From NCBI RefSeq assembly GCF_026210795.1, contig NC_089432.1:4960001-5024000 (forward strand): a stretch of DNA of 64,000 bases, given 5' to 3'. Made by a program: the position numbers and the translations under genes. Below the pieces are notes generated by a model that saw only the letters and a list, made by a program, of their open reading frames with translations, was not told the origin of the DNA and did no database searches. This document shows positions 51,120 through 62,234 of this stretch, one piece after another; positions within the stretch are counted from its first letter, which is position 1, and each line of letters begins with the position of its first letter. This DNA is from Rhizophagus irregularis (Eukaryota).

Positions 51120-52572
51120 TTTCTATGTTTTGAGGCTTTAACTATTTTCTAAAATATTATTAAACTATTCGTGAAAAAAAGAAAAATACAAAACCTAAAT
51201 GATGAAATAAATCATAAAAAGCATTTAAAATAAAGTTAAAAAATTTTTTTAAAAATCTTCAAAAGAAAAAAACTATACTTTTCATGGAAAATATCATAGT
51301 CATCTTGGATCAAATACTCTATTGACCTTCGATTGCTCGATCAAGTTCCAGTATTGCTTTTCCTAAAAAAAAAATTTTTAATTTATTAAAATTTTTTGGA
51401 ATAATTTGTTCATTCTTTATCAGAATTTCCCTTTCTCCCTGCTTTTGCACAACACGCTTTTTGTTTTTATTAGTCTTTTCTTCATTGTCATCATCCGATA
51501 TTTCCACCGCTTTCTTTTTCCCTTTATTTGATGGCAAGGTTGGCATTTTTTCCAATTCTTCAAGTCTTCCTTTAAAGGTACTGTTTAAATTATCCAATTC
51601 TTCGTGTTCTTTTAAAGTTCTTGGAATTGTTGAAATATGATCGGTTGGTGGCTTGGCGCTTCAACAAATTCATCCTTCTTTTTTTGTTGAGGAGTTTTGA
51701 ATCTGTTGATTCCAAAACGTTTCTTGTATGTTCCATTTTCACCAATCAATTTATCCTGACTTTTTATCTTCAACCCATCTTTCATCCATTGTCGATTTGT
51801 AAATTGCCTTTAATAAGTCATTTTCATTGTTAAAATATATCAAAATATATTTAATTTTGTTTATTTTGATTATTTTTGAAAAATGGCCTCCGTATTTTTG
51901 ATTCATTGTCTTCAAATTCTCATATTTTGGCATCCCTGGTAAATCATTAAATTTTTTATATGCTTGCCATTCATATCTTTTCTTTATGTCTGTAGGGCTC
52001 ATTTTTTGCATCAAACATCCTAAAAAAAATAGTACTGATTGTTTTTTTTGATTGCTATATTGGATCCTCCTTTCATGAATTTTCATCCATTTCATTTGTT
52101 AGGCGAATTCGTGCTCAAACAGTTTTATATTTATAGTTCCATTCGACCTCTAATCTCTCTATATAGCCTACATTTTTTAAACTTTTGTATATTACCTCGT
52201 CCTTCCAATAAGCCAGAAAGTCATAAAATTTTAAGTCACGTGATCATTCGGCAAAATGTTCTTTCAAGTAATCATCGTCGGAAGTTATTTTAACTGGAAT
52301 TTAAGTGATCTTCCCCTTTTTTATTTCTTGTGTAGATGATTTCTTTTTTTTGGATTTTCTGCACTGATCGTGGCTTTTTGTCTTACTTTTCTGCTTGCTT
52401 GATGCGGTAATCTTGCTCGTTGTCTCTATTTCTTCTAATTTTGTCACGTCATTTTCTAAGGATTTTATTCGTTCCTCTGCAATCTTTTTTTCCTTTTCTA
52501 AAATGTCTATCTTTTCTTTATCTTCCCTACTTTTGACTTTCAGAAGTTCTAATTCATCCTTCATTTTCGTTA

Positions 52573-52811
52573 TATAACTACCCCAGCCACACCGGCAAAA
52601 TTTTGCACACAGGGCCGCATTATGGCGTTATGCACTAACACGTGAAAATAAACAGTGACGAATAAGTTGTGATGAATAAGGTTTTACCTGCTCGAAAAAA
52701 ACTAAGTCCCTCAGATAAATATAAACAGTGAAACTCGGATGGAGTGTGACGATGTGATGAATAAAAAGTGATCACGTGACTGTGCAAAAATTGCCGGTGC
52801 GACTGGGCTAG
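52573..52811. mobile_element. Mutator-like MITE (9-bp TSD) interrupting the A2 ORF
   Basis: TSD TTTTCGTTA (52564-52572, 52812-52820); ~33-bp imperfect TIR; removing 248 bp fuses ORFs in frame (AAVDVTK-MKDELE). Confidence 0.88.
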
Positions 52812-54110
52812 TTTTCGTTACATCTACTGCTGCGCCTTCTTTTACTGCGCCTTCTATGGAAATTCCCAGGAGTATTTTTTCTAAAATTCTTTTGATGGTT
52901 TCGCCGCCTAGTTTCATTGTAAAAACAGCGAAATCTATTAGAATATTTTCATTCATATGCATATGCCTGTCATTCCTTTCATCTCTTATTCCTATTTTTA
53001 TGTTGCCTGGTGGAAATAATATATCTTCATCCAAATATTTCTTTTCATATTCTTCCAAACTTATACGCTTGTAATATGTTATACACCTTGCAAAGTCGTA
53101 TATGTATTCTATCCCAAAACCTGTAAAGCCTCTATAGTATTCGTTCATGTATTGTTTGAGAGTCTCTTCCATTTTTGTTATGTAAAATATGTATTTATTA
53201 TATGTTTTGCTAATAAAATTTAAAATTTTTCTTTCGTAAAAATTTGGTCCGAAAGATCGTCAGGAAGAGTTTCCACAACTGCAGATTTGTGTACATTAGA
53301 TTAACTTAATAAATGATATTGGTTTTATTTACATATGTAGGAGCAGTAATCCCGCAGACCCGCACCCATAATAAAAATAGTTTACTATTTTTAGCATCAC
53401 AATTTGGGGAAAGTTTACTTTATTTTTATCATTTATTAGTTGCGCGTTTTTTTCAAGTTTTTTTTATTTCTATAAGTAAAAATGTAATAATTTTATAACA
53501 CATGATTTAATACTTTTATTTTCATGTTTTGATCTATTTATATTATAATATATTTTTTTCTTTATTAAATATAAAATATTACAATGAAACTAATTAAATA
53601 AAAGGTATTTTTCGTTAGAAATATTTGAAATATTTATAAAAAAATATTTTTATTAAAAAAACATAATATATTACACATAAAATATATAAAATATTCAAAT
53701 GAAGAAAGAAAAAAATAAAAAAAACAAAGACTTAGAATATTTTATTTTTTTATTTTTTAACAAGAAAAAAAACAAAAAAAAACTCGGTTAACGCACATAA
53801 CTTAAATAAATATTTTAAAAAGATCACGGGTGCAGGGTTACGTAGTAGTAGTGTAGTTATTTTTATCATTGTTTATATTATTCTATATTATTTATTTTCT
53901 TTATTTGTAATATTTATATTATATATGATTTTTATTAAGAGTCATTGTAGGATAATTAGCTCAATAGTTATTCACTGATAGAATATGTCATTTGTGTTCT
54001 ATTAAAAAGTGGCTTATAATAAGGAAATATCACTATTGTAATCACTTAGTTACACTACGATGAAACAATAACAATCAAATAGATATGATGTCAATACTAT
54101 ATCCACAGAT

Positions 54111-54395
54111 TAGATGTCATTTGATATCAGAAGAAAAAAAAGATGGAGAAATAGATATAAATATACCTTCTGCCAACTCGTTGATATAAGTCATATAGGT
54201 TATAATAAGATATATGAAGTTATATTAAGTCATATTCCCTTAAGTAATATACTTCCATCACCTTTTATCACTTTTTACTGTTTTGTTGTAAACTCATAAC
54301 CTTACGTTTATTTAATAAAATCGGTAAACTTCAGTTTATTTTAACTTGTTGTTTCTGTGTATTATTATAAGATTCGTCTTATAACCGTCGTGTGC
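54111..54395 (+). pseudogene. Degraded family B ORF fragment
   Basis: ISHIGYNKIYEV matches B2 NQSGYNKIYEI; cut by the element starting at 54396. Confidence 0.4.
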
Positions 54396-54614
54396 CAGTG
54401 TTCGGCAAATGACTTGAAATGAACAAATGACTCAAATGACAAGTCATTTGTCATTTGTCATTTGCAACTCAAATGACCTGTCATTTGAGTCATTTGAAAA
54501 ATATTAAATATTCTGAGAATTTTTACTAATTATTTTGTTTATTTTAATTAAGAAAACAAAAATATTAAAACAAAATTGGTTTAATATATATAATCAAAAA
54601 AGTTCCAATAGTAG

Positions 54615-57600
54615 CTAGGGGATAGGTAAATAAACGGGGGGGCCAACTCAAGGTTACACAGGCTGATCAGTGATCGGACAGAACTGAAGCCTTATAAAAC
54701 TGGTTACACAAGCGAAGCCTCGATATTAAAAATTTAGTTTTTTTAGTTTTTCTCGCCACATATACATAGAAAAGCAGCCGATCTCAAAAACTAAGACCAT
54801 TTATGCTAGCTCTAAATAAACGAATTGTTTTTATCAAAATCGAACCACTGTAGCTTTGCAAGGGTTACTTTTTTTCTTGTTAATTTATAAAAACATATTG
54901 AAAAGTTATCATTTTATCGTTTCATGCTTTTATTGCGTGAATTTTGGCTTTAACAAGTACTTTATTCTGTAAATTTTGGCTTCGCTATATTACTATTCTA
55001 CAAAAATTTGTCCTTTTGATATGGCTTCATTGGAGAAGGGAGTTTCTTTTTTAAGGTGATCCAAAATTAAAAATATTAAACTTTTTTTTTTCTTGTACCT
55101 TGCTTTGTCCCCAAAGGCCCAAAGTAACCACTGTAACTCACTTACTAAAAACATTTTTGAAAATTCTTCTTCAGCGCCATCCAATTTTGCCCAGATTTGA
55201 AGCTGTACTAATGCAAGAATAGGATCCTTTGGAACGTTAGATTTTTTCATCAATGTATGTGTATTTTTAGTTTTGGAGGTTTTGGATGAATTTTGAATAT
55301 CATTTCGCATGGCTTTCAGGTTTTCTCTAAGACTTGAGGTGCCTTTCTCAGGAATGAGATCATTGAATTTTCGCCAAGACTTTTGCCTACTCTTCATATA
55401 GATAGAAATAATTCGTTCGTAAAGAAAATTTTTAGCGTCATCTTTTAATTCCTGTTTTTCAGGTTCATGTATAGAGAGCATTTGACTGGAAATATTAAGA
55501 AGTGCGTTAAAAGCTCCTAACAATAGTGAGTTGCACATTAAACTATTATTTATATAATGCAGAATATTGGGACCAAGTTCTTTGTGCTTTTCAAATAACA
55601 ATATTATTAATGACTCCATTTTGTACATGAATTTTAAAAAATCTTGGCCTGGAACTACATTTGTCGTCTGTGATCGAACATCTTTTTCATAGACAACTTG
55701 TTCTGAGCTTAGAATCATGAGGTGAGCACGAATGATATCAAATTTGGGATGTGATCTTATTATTTTATCACTTTTTGTTAATTTATATATAACCCATCCA
55801 ATGATGTAAGAAAACTTTAATGCTTCAGCTGGTTCTAAAACAAGAATTTTTTCAGGTTCCAGATAAGAATCAGCCAAAAAATGAGTGTGTATACTATTTG
55901 GTGTTGTTTTCTTACTAAAAGTGAGTTTGATTACATTTTGTAAAAGTAAGTATGCAATAAGCCTTTGAGTTGGAGAATCATTTAAATTAGTTATAGAAAG
56001 AAAGTCTTGATACCAAATCCCTGAACATTGATAATTATTAAGATAAATTTCAAGGTGAGAACTCCAACTGGCTAACCATTGAATTCCTGTTTTTTTTGGA
56101 ATAGCTTCACTCGCCATTTTTTTAATAATGTCTTGCCATTTATGTAGTAATTTATCAATAGAATCCTGGTAAAGTATAGTTTCTATAAGATTACATCGTT
56201 CCTTTTGAAAGAAAGCAATTCTAACATTTTCTTGATTAACGTGTTCATCATGTGATTCTAACGGAATCTCAATTCTCCCCATAATCAAATTGTCTGCGAG
56301 AAGGTTTTTAAAGACATTACTAGAAAGAGATGATAATTGTGCCAAACGGATAAAGTGCTTCTGATCGGTAATATTTTCATCATTTTTTACTGAAATTTTT
56401 TTATCTTTTCGATAGTCTCTAATTGTTAAATAATATTTTAGATAATATTTGTATGAATAGGGACAATGGCGTACAAGTAAGGACATTTGTTAAATAAAAT
56501 TATAATATATACCTTCTTTCTAATGTAGTAATGCCAGCTCTAGTACTATCAGCTTTTCCATAATTAATACTTTTTACTTCAGATGAAACTAATGCTGTCA
56601 CTTGATATTTATTTAGAGCATGTCCATAAGATTTGAGAGTATGTGTTGAGGAGTCCCCACCAAGTTCACGAATATTACCAAAAAGCCCTTCAAGCATATC
56701 TTGTGAAATGCGTCTTGGTTGAATCATTGAACCTGGATACTTTTTCAAAAAATAGTTAATCATTCCAAGAAATCCATTAATAGATAAAATCAAATCAAAT
56801 TGGCATTGTGATGAAATCCATTCTTTAGGATCTTTTTTTTGTTTATTACCATCTACAAACCAATTATATATTTCTTTTAAAGTATTAATACGTGGATCTT
56901 CTAAAGATTGAAAACTGATTTTACTATGCATAATTTGACGATATTTTCGTGAATATTTACTAAATTCCTATAAAAAAAGTAAATATTTTAAAAATTATAA
57001 AATTATATTAATTGTAATAATTATTTTGTACTTACTCTTGTTCCTTCTGAGATTTTTTTAAGTTCATCAATAGATGCCAATGCATCTTCAACTTCTTTTG
57101 ATATAGTATGTTCTGCAAGATCAACACGCATCTTGCTCCATGAAGTTAACCATATATGACGTTTTGTAAGTTTTGTAGCTTGAGCTGTTGCATGTTTAAT
57201 TGTATGATCATATACGCCTTTTATGTGCTTCCAACTAATCTCCTTTCCATTAAACATTATTTCTCTGGAATTTTTTTCATCTATATGGCTTTTTGATAAG
57301 TTATTTCTTAATTTCTTAAATACATGTGTAGGATCACTAATAAAGAACCAATCTTCTCCAGTAATAGGATTTATTGTTTTATAATTTGTTGAAAGTCATT
57401 CAATATCATGAACAGGTCGAAGAAATTCACTAATATGATGATTAAAAACTTGCCATTCTTCAATAGGTTTATTTTTTGATCCAGGAATTTCTACAGTAAA
57501 TATTGATGTAATAGAATCAAAATTTGTAATTTTTCCTAAATACCATTGATTATCTTTTGGATTTTTAAATTCACAAAATTCATTAATATTCCATTCTGAT

Positions 57601-60241
57601 TTTAAAGGTGTTTGTGGACGAATAAAAGCTCGATCAATTGTAATTTTTGTAAAACTATCCCAATCAAGCTGACGTACAGTAAACTTTGTCTTTTCAAAAT
57701 TGCTATCTACAATTTCTGCTACATGATAAGATTTTTTGTCTTTTCTGAAATTAACTTCTACAAGATCACCAGATGACCACTTTGATGCATACCAATCAAA
57801 CCTTTTGATATGGTTTCTATTTTCACCTGCTCCATCACAAATTGAACCAATTGTATGTATACCTATACATTCTAATTTTGCTGCAAGACTAAAAATCAAT
57901 GTGTTTAAGTTATGTGCTGTCATATTATTAATGCCATAATATGATATAGGAAAAGAAAAATTATGAGTTATTGAATGCCAAACAAATTGGTGAACTTGAG
58001 TTGCAAGTTTGCGATCCTGTTTTTCAGATATAGAATTAGATAGGGAATTCTTTTCTTTTAATATTTCATGTTGACATTGTATGGCAAATTCTTGATATTC
58101 TTGCATTTCATTTTCAAAATCCAAATAGCCGACATAACAATTTTCACGTTGACTCCAAAGAAGACCTATAATTTCAAATAATTTATTTCAAAGTTAGTTA
58201 TATGTATTTGTTTAAAAACAGTTAAAAATAAATAAATAACCTTTTTGAATTTTAAATTAATCATGTGAAAAAAACCCTATTCGTCCATATCCCCAAACTT
58301 TATTTGTTGTTAAACTTGCTAACATTTGATGAGCAATTTTGTCTTGCCATCCCGAACATTGTTCATTTTCATTTATGTAACTTTTAAGTGTGGAGATTGA
58401 TGGTAAATGCATAATTGTTTTCATTGCATTATAAGCCGCATATCCAGATTTACTATATACAGATATAGCCCAGCGCAAAAACCTGCAATAAAGAAATATT
58501 AAATTTTTTTTTTGCAAATGAATTACCATTATTTGTTTTACTTACATTGGATGATATCTTGTTCCATTCAGCTTTTTTGCTTGAATGTGAATAAGTTCTT
58601 GAAAAATAGGATGCAAGTTTGAAATATCTACATTTTTGCTAGCAATATTTTCAGAAACAGTATGAACAACATTTGCAATTTTAGTTGACACTTGTATTTC
58701 TTCTTTTTCTATTTTTTCTTGCAATCGTTCTTTTATATTTGAGATTGTTTAATTTTCAATTTAATAATTTTTCGTTGTTCATTAACTTTTTCTGCAAGAA
58801 CATCTTTAGATGCATGTATGACTTTCATAGAATTTATGCCAGCCAAATATCTTCGACGAATTTGCTGCATTGTTTTTTGTAATTTTTTACAATTCTTACA
58901 CATATCATTATTATTTTCTGCCACAAGTATGCAGTCTATACGTCAGTATGCTTCACCTGGTTGACCTTGTTTTTCCAAAAAAGCAAAAGGAACGTGCTCT
59001 TTATTGCTAGTTTGTGCATTATTAATAAGCTGAGTTCCTCGAATGTATACTACATCACTAAAACCTTAAATTTCAAAATATTTGTTTAAAAAAATATATA
59101 TACATATATAAAATTATATAGTAATAACTTTTAAATTACCATTAGTGTTTTGTCCATAACAAATTCTAAGAGAAAAAATATATTGTGTAAGGATTTTTAT
59201 TTCGTCAAGAGATCTTTTCATTGGTTTGGCAGGAAAAGGAAGATGTGCTTCTTGTAATATTTTATCAAAAACACAAACTTCATATCCAAGTAAAACACCT
59301 TTAGCTATAATTATCATTTTCTTCTCTAATTGTCCCTCTCTTCCAAAAAAATGAAACTCAAGACCATCAGTAATTTTTTGTACTATAGTTCCCAAAAATA
59401 TTCCCTCTAGAAAAATCTTTTTTTGAATTAACGAAAAAATTTCCTCAAGACTTGTATACGTAGATGTTTTCCAGTATGAAGAATAATTTGATTCACCAAG
59501 AATTGATGCAATTGATGGGCTATTAGGATTTGGTTCCAAAAAAATAGTTGCAAAAGCTGACCTATGTCCTTTAAATAATCTTAAATTTTTTAGTGCAGTT
59601 ATCCATTTAGAGAAAGTATCATACTTTCGATCATTCTTAACACTGTATATATAAGCTTTTTTTTCCTTTGCGTCAAACATTATCACGCCCTCAAAGTATT
59701 TATCCAATGCCGGGAAAAAATAAACGGTTTTTCCTTTGAGATCAGGCCTGATATGCACAAGTTCTTGCAGTGTTTCTATCTTTTTTTGCTTTTTTACTGG
59801 TGGGGAATCACTGGTACCCTTAAAAGATCGTTTTTCTTGATTCTGTTAGTCATAGAAATATAAAAATATTACAATTTATTTCAAAAAAAAATAGTAACAG
59901 CGTTAGTTTCTTTTTGCAATTCACCATTTCTCCAAGTTATCTCTAATATTTGTCTAATTAAAAGGTATCTAGTTCACCGATCCAGTTTTTTTAAAGAACT
60001 AAAAGACGAACTGCAATAAAATTTATACTGGAGATAGTCACGCGTTACATCGTTTTCGGGGTGGTTTTTTTTTGAATAATCATTAATTGGTATTCGTGGC
60101 TTTTACTTAAGTAAAGTAGCGTTTTACAAAGATTATCATATAATTTTATATGTTTTTCATATGAGGCTTCAGTTCTGTCCAATCACTGATCAGCCTGTGT
60201 AACCTTGAGTTGGCCCCCCCGTTTATTTACCTATCCCTTAG
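54615..60241 (-). mobile_element. Full-length P-superfamily DNA transposon
   Basis: ~80-bp nearly perfect TIRs (CTA(G/A)GGGATAGGTAAATAAACGGGGGGGCCAACTCAAGG...); 7-bp TSD ATAGTAG (54608-54614, 60242-60248); encodes a P/THAP9-type transposase. Confidence 0.88.
54993..59927 (-). pseudogene. Multi-exon P-element/THAP9-like transposase with several nonsense mutations
   Basis: Motifs LPSISTL, FFSHD*FKIQKGLLW..YVGYLDF, ICDGAGENR, FISDPTHVFKKLRNNL, WSKMRVDLA, RISQDMLEGLFGNIR; stops at ~58944, 58257, 57396 and a frameshift near 58750; probable ATG at 59927 followed by an intron ending CTAACAG at 59843. Confidence 0.85.
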
Positions 60242-61371
60242 ATAGTAGTAAAGATTTTTTAATCACGTGATTTTGTTATTATTTTACAGGTTATTATTTG
60301 TTAATAATATTATTATAGACAGGATTATTTCACTTATAATTATTTCACTAATGATCATTTTATCCACACAGATAAAAGTTAATTGATTTTGCAATAAAAT
60401 ATTTAATTGTAACACATGTAGTGGATCCCATTTTTCACCATTTTTATATATAATTGTTGTCTTTATTTAATCATAAGATGGCCATAATATTTATTTATGC
60501 ATATAATTATATAATAAAATTATATATAATAAATAACATATCAGATATTATCACTTTAATAATTATGGTTGTGTTATTTATTATTTTCAGATTACAGTAA
60601 AAAATAAATAATTTGGTGAAATTGATTCTGTTTGTGATTATTTCGATTACGTCCTTCCTTTTTTGTACATCACGTGATTATGAATTGTCCAATAATCTTT
60701 AAATATTTTAATGACAAATGACCAAATGACAAAGGACGCAAATGACAGTCAAATGATACCCAATCATTTGGCATTTGTCATTTCGCGAATAATTCAAATG
60801 CCAAATGCCAAATGATGGGGTGTCATTTGACCAAATGACTCCTAATCCGAAAAATGGTCAAATGACCAGGTCATTTCCGAACACTGTGACGTGTGCTATT
60901 ATTAATCGTATTTTATAGTTGTTTACCTTGCCGATTCTTAATGAACAATACCGGAATACCAGGATAGGTAGTATTGAGTAAGAATCCCGTTGGTAATTTA
61001 CGATATAAAACTGCTAGCTATATGACTCTTATTTACTGATATAACCGGTAACATAACTAATTATTTGAATACTGAGGATAATGAATCTTACTTAATGTTG
61101 ATTCTTTTTTTTAAAAAGAATAAATGCATTTATATAATAATTCAATTAATAAAAAAATTAATAAAAAAATTCCATCATAAATCTCTTTTTTATAATTCAC
61201 AATTTGTTCGTTAGATTTTTAACAAAGATTCGTTTACTAATATCTTTCACTGATGAGTTACTAGATATTTAAATTTTAATTCACATGAATTAAATAACTT
61301 TATATCATTAATAATAACCCGGAAAAATTATGTATAGTTCGAAATTTTTTTTTGAAATTTTAATACTATTA

Positions 61372-61397
61372 CTAGGAAACGAAATTGTTATTAAGTC
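61372..61397 (-). mobile_element. Possible Helitron-like 3' terminus
   Basis: Reverse complement GACTTAATAACAATTTCGTTTCCTAG followed by T; homologous to 34809 and 6889. Confidence 0.35.
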
Positions 61398-62234
61398 CGA
61401 AGTGCTGTTTAAAGTTTTATTATTGTATATCGTCACAAAGTCACGTGCTAGACGAACTTCCCGAGTCCGGTGTAGGCCGTAAAGACGTTGCCACCATAAA
61501 TAAATTTTATTATTTGATAAAAATTATAACAAATCCCGAGTTTCATAATAAAATATACTATTAAAATGAAAATTTCAAGAAAGAAAATAATTCGTAAGTC
61601 TAATTTCTAAAAAATTATTAATTACTATATTTAAGAAAGAAAATAACCAATTAAACCAATGATTCCCTTTTTAAACTCCCAAAAAAAAAACCAATTAAAA
61701 CAATATCTGCTTATTTCGAAATCTCATAAATTATTCGTTCCATCCGATTATGGTGTAGATCATTTCCGGTAATCACGCCACAGTTAATAACCAATAAAAA
61801 TCCAAGAATAGTTAGACGTCATTACGGACGCAGTACATTTAAAATACTTCAAATTTTTATACACTTAAAAACTAAATATAACACTGCGCCAAAAACTAAT
61901 AATTTTACTAGGTAATTTGGAAATTACTAGTTTAAAATAGTTAAAATTGTTAATATTTAATGAGTGACACGCTCCAGGGGATTACTCATTTATTTCCAAC
62001 TCCCTATGAAAAATTAATATAATTACTGCGGTACTGCGGCTAATATAGTAGACTTGATGGTCAGAAAAATTTTTTGTTTGGTGATACCTAGCAACATTGT
62101 GCGACAAATAATCGGAAAATAAATTGCATAAAATACTTAAAATGGAATTATTTTTGTACGCAATAAATTTTACAACTTTGACCGTTCAATCTTATTGTTT
62201 TTAAAAACTATTCTGTCTATTATTATTATTTAAT

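Larger units (their letters stand above)
49669..53274 (-). mobile_element. Family A non-autonomous retroposon, copy A2, with two nested MITEs
   Basis: 14-bp TSD ACAACTGCAGATTT (49655-49668, 53275-53288); poly(A) after AATAAA on the minus strand; broken ORF from 53172 to ~51320 containing SRDLKFYDF, YKYKTV and YFNNENDLLKAIYKS. Confidence 0.88.
54396..60886. mobile_element. Non-autonomous TIR element (hAT-like CAGTG ends, CAAATGAC subterminal repeats) hosting the P element
   Basis: CAGTGTTCGGCAAATGAC and GTCATTTCCGAACACTG; dense CAAATGAC/GTCATTTG repeats at 54400-54500 and 60710-60880; flanks CGTCGTGTGC/TGACGTGTGC imperfectly duplicated. Confidence 0.75.

Noticed and set aside
49944..51133. 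ORFs inside the foldback element
   Set aside because: Short, repeat-derived and mirrored on both strands.
52655..52765. Box C/D snoRNA (GTGATGA repeats)
   Set aside because: No correctly placed CTGA box D on the same strand; TSD and TIRs explain it as a transposon.
42931..53274. Reverse transcriptase or endonuclease ORF for the retroposons
   Set aside because: No YADD-type RT or APE motifs recognised anywhere in the window.
54615..54622. Kolobok or piggyBac assignment from CTAG/TTAG ends
   Set aside because: Those bases belong to the TIR; a 7-bp TSD lies outside and the protein motifs are P-type.
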